NCBI GenBank assembly: GCA_048941605.1
Contig: JBHLNL010000004.1
Span: 1-64,000, forward strand
From: Promethearchaeota archaeon
Lineage (GTDB): Archaea > Asgardarchaeota > Lokiarchaeia > Sigyniarchaeales > SOKP01
Direction: 5' to 3'
DNA length: 64,000 bases
The notes under the pieces were generated by a model. It searched no databases, was not told the origin of the DNA, and saw nothing but the letters and a program-made list of their open reading frames with translations. Position 1 is the stretch's first letter. Every line of letters begins with the position of its first letter. This document shows positions 48,350 to 57,506 of the stretch, in pieces. A program made the translations under genes and the position numbers.

Positions 48350-48982
48350 CTATTTTTTTTCCAAATATTTTTGAATAATAGCTTTTAGCTTTTGTAGATT
48401 TTGTCTTTTCAAAGCGGAGAATTCTAAGTATGGTAATTTAGCTTGTTCACTTAAAATAAAATCATCTAAATGAATTAATTTCAAACCACATTCTTTTGCT
48501 GAGTTGAGAAATAGAGATATAATTTTTTTCTTATCAAAATTAGATACCTTATCGATTTTATTAAATATTATAAGAATAGGAATATGAAATTCCCCCAGAA
48601 ATTGAATCAATTCAAAACTTAAAGGAATTGTTTTCTTATTTTGAATAAAATATTTATTTAGCTCATCTTCAATTCTTAAAATATTAATTACGACTAATCC
48701 AAAAAAATATTCTTTATTGTGCTTTTCAATATGAATTACTATTTGTTTTCTTATGTGCTCTGCCCGTCTTCGACTTGATTGACTTACATATCCAAATCCG
48801 GGAAGATCAACTATTTTGTAAGGTAAATTTTCTTGGTTAATAGATTTTATCAACATTGTACTGCCTGGAGTTTTACCAATTTTCCCTTTATATCTTCTAG
48901 GATTTGGTATCAATAATTTAGTTATTGAAGATTTCCCTACATTTGAATTTCCTATAATTAGTAATGACGGTTTTTGATTCAT
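48350..48982 (-). CDS. engB: GTP-binding protein EngB/YsxC family
   Basis: GNSNVGKSS, GKTPGST, VDLPGFGY and FNKIDK. Confidence 0.75.
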   Translation of the reverse strand: MNQKPSLLIIGNSNVGKSSITKLLIPNPRRYKGKIGKTPGSTMLIKSINQENLPYKIVDLPGFGYVSQSSRRRAEHIRKQIVIHIEKHNKEYFFGLVVINILRIEDELNKYFIQNKKTIPLSFELIQFLGEFHIPILIIFNKIDKVSNFDKKKIISLFLNSAKECGLKLIHLDDFILSEQAKLPYLEFSALKRQNLQKLKAIIQKYLEKK

Positions 48983-49006
48983 TTTATTAGATAATAATTT
49001 TTATCT

Positions 49007-49909
49007 TTAAATATCCAGAAAATCATCGTTTAAAAAATCTTTAAACATCTGCTTCTTCACTTCTTCCTTTATAACAGGTCGTGTACTGATGGGCTCCCCT
49101 GCTTCTTCTAATATTTCTTTTAAAATATCTACATTAACATTAATTTTAAAATTTCTATCTTTTAGAAATCGCACAACTTGCTTATCATTCAAATTTAGCC
49201 TTAAGAGATAACCCAATCCAAAATAAAACTGGTGCTCAGGAATAGGATCAATTGGAGATTTACTTGTTACCTCTTTTAATATATCATATAATAATGTTTT
49301 TGAAGCAATGTGGTCTTCAACATTAAAAACCAAATAATAAAGTGCATGATACCAAATTTTATCACGTCTAGTCTTGATATAATCTAAAAACTTCTCAGGT
49401 GTGATTATTTCTTTTTCCTCTAAAGCCTTTCTTTTTAGAAGCTCCTGCTTAATTCTGTCCTCTAATTCTCTAGAAATTACTTGAGGAGTTTGGAGTTCAT
49501 TCCCTTGGTCGTGAGTTTCCATAATTTCTTCATGTTTAACTGTTTCAATTGCCTCTTGCATCTCTCTTAATTCATCAAAATCGATCTCATCCATATCAGA
49601 AAAATCAGAGATCATTGTTTCTTTAACCTCCCTCTGTTCTATTAACTCATCGACAATCTCTCCTTCAGAAGAGATTTCTTTACTAATGGAATTATCTTTA
49701 GGAGGTTCTTCACCTTCTTTTACCTTTGAAATTGCATCTTGTATCTCTTGAAGTTCTTCTATGTCTAAATCATCTAAATCAGAAAAATCTGATTCAAGTG
49801 CTTTCATATCTTTAAGGTAAGCTTCCAAATCATCTTCTTCTACTTCAAATTCTCGTTCATTTTGTTCTTCATTTTCTTCTTCTTGGTTTTCATTCATTCT
49901 CGTTGACAA
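49007..49909 (-). CDS. Acidic protein with a duplicated DFSD-helix motif and a globular C-terminal domain
   Basis: SDFSDLDDLDIEELQEIQDAISKVKE (aa 40-64) and SDFSDMDEIDFDELREMQEAIETVKH (aa 101-125). No family recognised. Confidence 0.5.
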   Translation of the reverse strand: MSTRMNENQEEENEEQNEREFEVEEDDLEAYLKDMKALESDFSDLDDLDIEELQEIQDAISKVKEGEEPPKDNSISKEISSEGEIVDELIEQREVKETMISDFSDMDEIDFDELREMQEAIETVKHEEIMETHDQGNELQTPQVISRELEDRIKQELLKRKALEEKEIITPEKFLDYIKTRRDKIWYHALYYLVFNVEDHIASKTLLYDILKEVTSKSPIDPIPEHQFYFGLGYLLRLNLNDKQVVRFLKDRNFKINVNVDILKEILEEAGEPISTRPVIKEEVKKQMFKDFLNDDFLDI

Positions 49910-50000
49910 TAGTACTTTAATAAAATTTTTGATATTATTATAATTAAAATATTGATATTCGTATAATTATAAATTGTCCTAAATATTAATAGACTTTAAT

Positions 50001-50714
50001 ATGGAAAAAATTAACTTAGAAAATTATAAAGGTATAATATGGGACCTTGATGGGACAATATATGATATCACAGCTGCAATCAAAAAAGCAGTTGATGATG
50101 TGATTGAGAAATATAGTTTAACTGTTAACCGAAATGAAATAATGGAAGAAGTGGCCCATTTAATTGAGGAAATTCAAAATTTTCCTGTACCTAAAATTCT
50201 TCTTAATTCCTACGAACTTTTAAAAGTTAATTTTTTGGATGGCCTTACATTTTTTAAAAAAATTAGAATAGCAATTTTTTTATTCAATCAATTTAATAAG
50301 TATAAAGAAGCTGAATCTACTATATTTGAGGGAATAGATAAATTAATAAAATTGTTATTCAATAAAAAGCTAGAAATGGCGATTTTAACAAACAATAAAA
50401 GTCAATATGCTGAGGAAGTCTTAGAGAAATTTAATCTTACAAAATATTTTAATACAATTATAGGGTTTAATGAAGTTTCGGAAGTTAAACCCAATCCTGA
50501 AGGAATTCTAAAAATCCTTGATAAATGGAATATAAAACCATCAGAAGCTATTTTCGTCGGAGATATGTCAACTGATGTAGATGCTGGAAAGGCTGCAGAA
50601 GTGAAAATGGTATGCGTAGCAAGTGGATTGGCCCAAAAACAAACATTACAACAACATCATCCTGATATCTTGGTAGATGATACCAACCAATTAATTCAAC
50701 TCTTCAATATTTGA
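50001..50714 (+). CDS. HAD-superfamily hydrolase, subfamily IA (phosphoglycolate phosphatase-like)
   Basis: IIWDLDGTIYD, ILTNN, KPNPEG and GDMSTDVDAG. Confidence 0.7.
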   Translation: MEKINLENYKGIIWDLDGTIYDITAAIKKAVDDVIEKYSLTVNRNEIMEEVAHLIEEIQNFPVPKILLNSYELLKVNFLDGLTFFKKIRIAIFLFNQFNKYKEAESTIFEGIDKLIKLLFNKKLEMAILTNNKSQYAEEVLEKFNLTKYFNTIIGFNEVSEVKPNPEGILKILDKWNIKPSEAIFVGDMSTDVDAGKAAEVKMVCVASGLAQKQTLQQHHPDILVDDTNQLIQLFNI

Positions 50715-50829
50715 TCAATTTCATTCTTTAGTCATATTAAAGTTATTGAAAATAATGTTTTAGCAAGGCTTAAAAGATCTTATTATTACTATAAAGAAAA
50801 GAAATATTAAAAAATTTCAACTTAAGATA

Positions 50830-51384
50830 ATGAGCAATAAAGCTTTTGGGTTTAAAATAGTGGTTGTAGGAGATGCGGCTGTTGGTAAGACTTCATTAAT
50901 AAAAAGATATACAACTAATACGTTTGAAAAGGATTATATTTCTACGTTAGGGATGCAATTTTCGAGATATGAAGAAACTTTAAGTGGAATAATGATTGAG
51001 TTATTCTTATGGGATTTAGCAGGTCAAGAATCATTTGCTACGTTACGTGAAAGATTTTATAAAGGAAGTAGCGGCGCTATTATTGTATTTTCACTTGCCC
51101 CTGAAGAGATCGAAACTTATCGTAATATTGATAAATGGCTTTTACATATTAAAGATGCATGCGGTAATATACCTATAGTTTTATTTGGAAATAAAGCCGA
51201 TTTAGTTGATCAAAATGCAATTGCATCTAGCCCTAATTATGAAACCTCAGATGTTCATGTTCAGAAATTTTCACAAGATCATAATATTAGTGAATATTTT
51301 AGAACAAGTGCTTTAACAGGTCAAGGTGTTAAAGAAGGTTTTCAAACATTAGTGAAAAAACTATATCATCGAGCCAACATTTAA
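50830..51384 (+). CDS. Rab/Ras-like small GTPase, tandem paralog 1
   Basis: G1 GDAAVGKTS, G3 WDLAGQESF, G4 GNKADL, G5 TSALTG. No prenylation Cys. Confidence 0.85.
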   Translation: MSNKAFGFKIVVVGDAAVGKTSLIKRYTTNTFEKDYISTLGMQFSRYEETLSGIMIELFLWDLAGQESFATLRERFYKGSSGAIIVFSLAPEEIETYRNIDKWLLHIKDACGNIPIVLFGNKADLVDQNAIASSPNYETSDVHVQKFSQDHNISEYFRTSALTGQGVKEGFQTLVKKLYHRANI

Positions 51385-51598
51385 ATTGAACAGTTCTTCT
51401 TATACTATTTTTATCAATTTATTTATCTCAACTCGAATTCATTCAATTTTAAAATATAGAGATATTATAGTCCTTTTAATTCTACACATCAGTATGATAC
51501 ATTAAAATTATTTGAAATTAATGTATTGAATAAATTTAAAATATCTGATTTTTATTATTTAAAAAAGGAAATTAGACTTAGAAGGATGGATAAAGAAA

Positions 51599-52171
51599 AT
51601 GAGCGACGATGAAAAAGGTTATGGGTTCAAAATTTGCGTTATTGGAGATGGAGCTGTAGGAAAAACATCCTTAATTAAAAAATATACTCAAGGATCCTTT
51701 CAGAAGGAGTATATCTCAACTTTAGGAACACAATTCTCGAAATATGAAGAAATAATTGATGGAGAGAAGGTTGGATTGTTTCTATGGGATATTGCAGGCC
51801 AAGACTCATTTCAAGCATTACGCCAAAGATTTTATATAGGAAGTAGTGGAGCTATAATTGTCTTTTCTCATGCTCCAGATCAAATTGAGAGTTATAGTCA
51901 TGTTTCTAAATGGTTTGAGGATCTTAAAAAACATTGTGGGAGTATACCGATAGTTTTATTTGGAAATAAAGTGGATTTAGTTGATAATGGAGAGTTAGCA
52001 TCAAATCCGAATTTACCGACATCTGACACAATTGTTGATAAATTTGCGAAAGATAATAGATTCATTGGTTATTATAAAACGAGTGCGTTAACAGGTCAAG
52101 GAGTAACTGATGCTTTTAAAGCACTTGTTAAAAAATTATATATGATTGCTAAGATCTCAAGTTTTACTTAG
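51599..52171 (+). CDS. Rab/Ras-like small GTPase, tandem paralog 2
   Basis: G1 GDGAVGKTS, G3 WDIAGQDSF, G4 GNKVDL, G5 TSALTG. About 60% identical by eye to 50830..51384. Confidence 0.85.
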   Translation: MSDDEKGYGFKICVIGDGAVGKTSLIKKYTQGSFQKEYISTLGTQFSKYEEIIDGEKVGLFLWDIAGQDSFQALRQRFYIGSSGAIIVFSHAPDQIESYSHVSKWFEDLKKHCGSIPIVLFGNKVDLVDNGELASNPNLPTSDTIVDKFAKDNRFIGYYKTSALTGQGVTDAFKALVKKLYMIAKISSFT

Positions 52172-52219
52172 ATCTTGTTAATTTTTATGTAATTATTTGA
52201 AAAAAGTATTAAAAAAAAA

Positions 52220-54472
52220 TTAAGTACGTTTGTATATAAATCGTTCCCAACTCTTTCTGGAAGGCATCTCTAAGGGCATATTTTTTCGCTTGCGAATTTC
52301 CATAATGAGATCTTCTTCCAAACTTGGAGGAACTTTTTCAAATCCTTTGAATTCATATCCAAAAAACGCCCTTCCCTGGGTAGAGCCCCTGATATCGTCA
52401 GCAATACCTATTGTTTCTGCAGCAGGAATTTGACCTTGGATTCTCACGTACTCTCCTTCAGGGATAACATTAGTAATTCTCCCTCTTCGTTTGGTTATGA
52501 TTGCAGTTACCCCTCCTTCTGTTCCTTGTGGAGTCTTTATATCAATTCTCTGGATTGGTTCAAAAAGATGATAACCAGCATCTAACATCGCTAAAGACAT
52601 AGCTGAAAACGCCATTCCTGCAATCTGTCCGTATTGAGTATGTCTGGGATCCTCATGAATTGTCATATCTGTAAAAACCACTTTAATTCCAGTAGCAGGT
52701 TCCTTTGCTATAATACAATTACCAACCCAATCTCTAAAAGCTGCAGATAAATAAGATTTTACACGATCAAATCGTTGAAGACCAGTTGCACCATTTACAA
52801 GTAAACTTCCTTGATATACGTCTACAATACGTCTTGCTTCTTTTGCATCCCAATTCGCTTCTTCTCTTAAAATCATTGCTCTATCTTTCTCATTTTGAAG
52901 ATCATTAACCTTACCAGTTTCAATTAAGTGTTCAGTTATTTCATCTAAGGGCTCTATATATAATAAAATCCGATTATGTGTGTTTGCAGATTTAGTATAA
53001 TATTCTGGACTTTTTTGTGTAATTTTTTCTCTATAAACGATTATTGGCTCTCCGATATTAATTTGGACTTGATTGTTTATTCTTTTTACTAAGATTTCAA
53101 TTTGGAGTGGATCTATTCCTGACAATATAAATTCACCTGACTCTTCGTCTCTTCTATATTCTGCTGTTGGATCTGCTTTAAGCCATTTGCTCACTACATC
53201 ATCCAATTTATCAATTTCATGCGGATCTTTCGGTTTAATGCTCCTGGAAACAACAGCTTCACAAGCGTAATGAATTTTTTCAAAAGAAGGTAATCTTTTC
53301 TTTACTTCTTTATCTTTAGGTACATCATTTGCTAACATGAAAGTTTCACCAGAAGGACAAATAAACCCAAATAGAGCAAACAAATTTCCTGCAGGAATCT
53401 TAGGAATGTCTAAAATATCAGTAATTTCCATAACACCTAATCTCTTCACTCGATTACTTGAATCACTATTTATTAAATAAATTGAATCCGTTTGATCAAA
53501 AGTACCTGAAAATACTCGCCCAATAAGCGTTGGTTGATAATTTCTCTTAGGATCAAGAAAAATTTTCGTAATCATCCCATATAATGGCCCTTTAGGGTCA
53601 CTACTTTGAAGTGCTTGACCAAGCTTTGAACTCAAATCACCACTCCATACATGAGGAATTCTATACTTAGCAGCAGAAACCGGATCAGGAAGATGATCTA
53701 CAATCATTCTTAGCATAGGCTCATCTAATGGTATATTATCTCTTAACCATTGAATATCACCTTCATTATACTTTTCAAAAACATCTTGTGGTTTCATGCC
53801 CTTTTCAAGTAAAATTTCATAAGTAAAACCCCATCCGTGTTTAGCTGAACCAACAGCAACGGAATTCTTTGCAAAATCTATACTCCAATCAGTTCCTTCA
53901 GGTCTTACTTTTCTAATTAAGTCATTGACTTCTCTAGTAATTTTGTCGATTTTTTCGAATGTTTCTTGAGGGCTAAGTTTTAATTCACTAATCAACCTAT
54001 CGACTTTATTGATAAAAAGAACTGGTTTACAATATTCTTCACCAACAGATAATCTAATATTAGTTTCAGTTTGAGTCATAACTCCTTCAAGGGCATCCAC
54101 TAATATTATTGCTCCATCAGATCCTCTAAGGGCACGAGAAACTTCACCAGTAAAGCTGATGTGACCAGGAGTATCATTAAGTTGGATAATATATGGCTCA
54201 TCATCCTCAGGTTTTCGGGGATCATTGAACGCTAGGAGCACCACAGAAGTAAAAATTGTTATACCTCTCTCCTGTTCCTCATCATCTGAATCTGTCATCT
54301 GAAGCTGGCCAGCATCTTCTGGTCTCATCAGTCCTGCTCTGCGTAGTAAATAATCAGTAGCTGTGGTTTTGCCATGATCAATATGGGCAGTTATACTGAA
54401 GATTCTTTTTTTATCATATGAGCCCTCAGTGACCAATTTAGCTATAGTCTCAGGGTTCTTTACTTTAACCAT
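52220..54472 (-). CDS. Elongation factor 2 family GTPase (divergent aEF-2 copy, possibly the Asgard EF-2 paralog)
   Basis: AHIDHGKTT, DTPGH and NKVDR G-motifs, with all five EF-2 domains collinear. The diphthamide loop reads IHEDPRHTQYGQI (52625..52660). Not located in the S12-S7-EF2 operon. Confidence 0.8.
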   Translation of the reverse strand: MVKVKNPETIAKLVTEGSYDKKRIFSITAHIDHGKTTATDYLLRRAGLMRPEDAGQLQMTDSDDEEQERGITIFTSVVLLAFNDPRKPEDDEPYIIQLNDTPGHISFTGEVSRALRGSDGAIILVDALEGVMTQTETNIRLSVGEEYCKPVLFINKVDRLISELKLSPQETFEKIDKITREVNDLIRKVRPEGTDWSIDFAKNSVAVGSAKHGWGFTYEILLEKGMKPQDVFEKYNEGDIQWLRDNIPLDEPMLRMIVDHLPDPVSAAKYRIPHVWSGDLSSKLGQALQSSDPKGPLYGMITKIFLDPKRNYQPTLIGRVFSGTFDQTDSIYLINSDSSNRVKRLGVMEITDILDIPKIPAGNLFALFGFICPSGETFMLANDVPKDKEVKKRLPSFEKIHYACEAVVSRSIKPKDPHEIDKLDDVVSKWLKADPTAEYRRDEESGEFILSGIDPLQIEILVKRINNQVQINIGEPIIVYREKITQKSPEYYTKSANTHNRILLYIEPLDEITEHLIETGKVNDLQNEKDRAMILREEANWDAKEARRIVDVYQGSLLVNGATGLQRFDRVKSYLSAAFRDWVGNCIIAKEPATGIKVVFTDMTIHEDPRHTQYGQIAGMAFSAMSLAMLDAGYHLFEPIQRIDIKTPQGTEGGVTAIITKRRGRITNVIPEGEYVRIQGQIPAAETIGIADDIRGSTQGRAFFGYEFKGFEKVPPSLEEDLIMEIRKRKNMPLEMPSRKSWERFIYKRT

Positions 54473-54645
54473 TATTTGTTCACGTCGTACAAATTATAAT
54501 TATTCATCTTGTTATAATTGAAGAAATAAATACTGGAAATGATAAAAATTTTATGAATTTCAGCTAAGAATAACCAATTCGATAATATTTCTGAATAAGT
54601 ACAAATTTATAATATCATACTCTATTAATATGTTAAATATTAAAT

Positions 54646-56010
54646 TTGAGAAGAATAAGGAGTTTGGTTTTAAAAGAGTTTTTTGTAATGAATCTTTCAA
54701 CTACGGTTGTGATATTCATTGCAACTTTAATTTTAGCATGGGTATGTATTAAAAGGAGAGATTTATTTTCTTGGCTTTTGGCATATATTTCAGCTATATC
54801 ATCCGAAATTTTTAGATTATTATCTCAAGAACAATATGATTCTTTAGAAATAATTGGGATTATTTTTTCGGCACTAAGTGTTCTGACATTTATTATTGCT
54901 GTATCGTATGAATATTATAGAACATTTTCAAAAACCACAGTTAGTTCTATAAGTAGTAGCGTAACACCTATGATTTTATTAATGTTTCAGCAACAATTAG
55001 CTTCACTAGGATTGCAGATAATAATTGCATCTTTACTAATCATTGCTTTATTCTTGAGTATTAGAATATATTTGAAAAAGAGAACACCTACTCATGCATT
55101 TATGTTTTTCATTTTATGTACTGGACTATTACAATTAATTGCTAGTCTTGTTAGAGATCAAGGGGTTCCGGGAGCAGAGGAATTTTTCGAATTTACTAGA
55201 ATTGTTATGGCGACTACAATGCTTATTACAGGAATTGTGGCTATTATTGAAGATAGAATTCTTAGATCAGAAAGCAAGTATCGATTAGCATATAATAGAG
55301 CTGAATTTTATAAAGATTTGTTTGTACATGATATAAACAATATTTTACAAAATTTACAATTTTCTTTAGAGATTATCTCTCAAAGATGCGAGGATTATGA
55401 AAAGCAAGAAGATATGCATGAATTACTAAAAATTGCAAAAGCTCAGGTGAATCGAGGGGCAGAATTAGGATTAAATGTAAAGAAACTTTCTGATTTGGAG
55501 ATAGGTGCAATTAAAAATAAGCCTATTAAATTGGATGAAATATTGGATCAAACAATTGGTGAGATAAAGACAAGATTCCCAGAAGAAGAGATTCAGATAG
55601 ATATAATTGGAAATCCCGAAAAAATACACGTAGATGCAAATGTACTTTTGGAAGATGTATTTAGAATAATTTTAAGCAACGCGATAAAATATAACATTAA
55701 TTCTATAAAAGAGATAAAAGTCAAAATTTCTAAAGACCTGAAAGATTTTGGTTCTAATGTAAAAATAGAATTTATTGATAATGGTGTTGGAATACCAGAT
55801 AGTATGAAAAAAAGTATCTTCCAACCAGTTTATAAAAAGACTAAGGATTTTAAGAGAATAGGATTAGGATTGCTATTAGTGAATGCAGTTATAGGAAATT
55901 TATCTGGAAAAGTATGGGTTGAAGATAAAGTTCGGGGGGATCATACTAAGGGAAGTAAAATTATTGTCCTAATACCTGAAGCTCTTGGAATTTTAGATAT
56001 AGAAAGGTAG
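54646..56010 (+). CDS. Membrane-bound sensor histidine kinase (orphan)
   Basis: About 6 TM helices. H-box FVHDINNILQNL, N-box LSNAIKYN, G1 DNGVGIP, G2 GLGLLLV. TTG at 54646; alternative ATG at 54688. Confidence 0.8.
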   Translation: MRRIRSLVLKEFFVMNLSTTVVIFIATLILAWVCIKRRDLFSWLLAYISAISSEIFRLLSQEQYDSLEIIGIIFSALSVLTFIIAVSYEYYRTFSKTTVSSISSSVTPMILLMFQQQLASLGLQIIIASLLIIALFLSIRIYLKKRTPTHAFMFFILCTGLLQLIASLVRDQGVPGAEEFFEFTRIVMATTMLITGIVAIIEDRILRSESKYRLAYNRAEFYKDLFVHDINNILQNLQFSLEIISQRCEDYEKQEDMHELLKIAKAQVNRGAELGLNVKKLSDLEIGAIKNKPIKLDEILDQTIGEIKTRFPEEEIQIDIIGNPEKIHVDANVLLEDVFRIILSNAIKYNINSIKEIKVKISKDLKDFGSNVKIEFIDNGVGIPDSMKKSIFQPVYKKTKDFKRIGLGLLLVNAVIGNLSGKVWVEDKVRGDHTKGSKIIVLIPEALGILDIER

Positions 56011-57450
56011 AATAATATTTTTCAAAATATGTATCGCTTTTTTTCCTATAGAATTTATTGTGTTCAATGCAGTTGAGATATTAACTATCTTCAAATTATC
56101 GGGTATTTTATCCTTAACAAATTCTTTTAGAAAATTAGAAAAATTATAATATTCTCTTAAAGTTTTTACCCATAAGAAACCTTCTTTTTCGAAAAATTCT
56201 GGATTTTTTTTTTTAAACTTAATAACATGTTTTTTTTCTGTAATTGGGGGTCCTTTACGATTATAGGCTTTAGAGATTGTAGGGTTTTCACAATAAAGCG
56301 CTAGACAATACTGGTTCTTGTCGTCTTCAAAATACATTTCAAAAATGATCAAACTAAAACGTTCAACATGAGAAAATTCTTTTTCTCCATTAGCTTTAAT
56401 ACTTTCTCCTAGTGAATATAATTTATCTCTATTAATGGTATAATGGATTTTGGGATCAGTATTTTGTAATTCAATAACAAAAATTTTGGAGAGAAGTGGA
56501 TCTTCTTTATATGATAAATTAATTTCTGGAATGGGTCTAATATTAAAAAATTCTGGACTTGGTTTTTTTAAAAATTCATTAACTTTTTGATTACAATATT
56601 TATACGCTCTTTCGGATATTGCTGAAGCAACATTTCGGTTTTTATCAACAGGATCTATGATGATAAGATAGTCATTTTGAAAATGGACGATTTCATTTAA
56701 TTCTTCTTTAGTTCTGTTATAATAATCTAAAGGATTCTTTTTTAATTTATCAAAATTATTAAAAAGATTTGTCAAATCATTGAAATAATAAATTAATAAT
56801 TCAGCGCTATAGCCTATGAACCCAATTTTACCTATTGCGCTTTTATCACCATAGCTATAACAAGATTTAAAAAACTGCTTTAAAAGCCTTATATCATTTT
56901 TTTGTTTTGATGTCAACTCATCTCTTACGAAGTATCCATGCCAAGGAGACCTATCAACCGCAGTAATAGGCCCACTCTCTTTAATATATTCTAAATCTAA
57001 ATCAAAATATAAAACAATATCAATTTTTATCTTTATATTTTTTAAAATATAATCCACTGTTACATAGGGATGCTCAGCATACAAAAGACGTGGGTTATGA
57101 AATTCATTTCCCCTAAGACTATTGAGAATCCAATTATTACATAAATTTAAAAAGTCTTTTTTTGAATGCTTTTTTAATTTAGACTTACTAAGACCCTTAT
57201 AATTTGACTCAAATTGACTATAATCTAATCCAATAAAGAGATCAATATCAAAATCATTTTTTAATTGTGTTTGTTTGATGCCAGTTGAACCTTGAGGTTC
57301 TATTTTTGTATAATTTATTTCTAATTCTTTTGCCTTCTTATCTAACAACTCTTTTATTCTCTCGGTTATTTTGTTAATTAAAGCTATTTCTTCTTGAGTT
57401 GGAGTAATTTCTTTTAATACTTCACTTAAAATATTATTAATTTTAGTCAT
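55993..57450 (-). CDS. cca: CCA-adding enzyme (archaeal class I tRNA nucleotidyltransferase)
   Basis: EPQGSTGIKQTQLKNDFDIDLFI nucleotidyltransferase motif. ATG at 57450 is preferred because the longer ORF to 57522 would overlap infB. Confidence 0.8.
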   Translation of the reverse strand: MTKINNILSEVLKEITPTQEEIALINKITERIKELLDKKAKELEINYTKIEPQGSTGIKQTQLKNDFDIDLFIGLDYSQFESNYKGLSKSKLKKHSKKDFLNLCNNWILNSLRGNEFHNPRLLYAEHPYVTVDYILKNIKIKIDIVLYFDLDLEYIKESGPITAVDRSPWHGYFVRDELTSKQKNDIRLLKQFFKSCYSYGDKSAIGKIGFIGYSAELLIYYFNDLTNLFNNFDKLKKNPLDYYNRTKEELNEIVHFQNDYLIIIDPVDKNRNVASAISERAYKYCNQKVNEFLKKPSPEFFNIRPIPEINLSYKEDPLLSKIFVIELQNTDPKIHYTINRDKLYSLGESIKANGEKEFSHVERFSLIIFEMYFEDDKNQYCLALYCENPTISKAYNRKGPPITEKKHVIKFKKKNPEFFEKEGFLWVKTLREYYNFSNFLKEFVKDKIPDNLKIVNISTALNTINSIGKKAIHILKNIILPFYI

Positions 57451-57506
57451 AAGATACTTGAGTATATTCTTTTTTTTTATATGATCTGAGAAGGCTGTTA
57501 TGAAAC

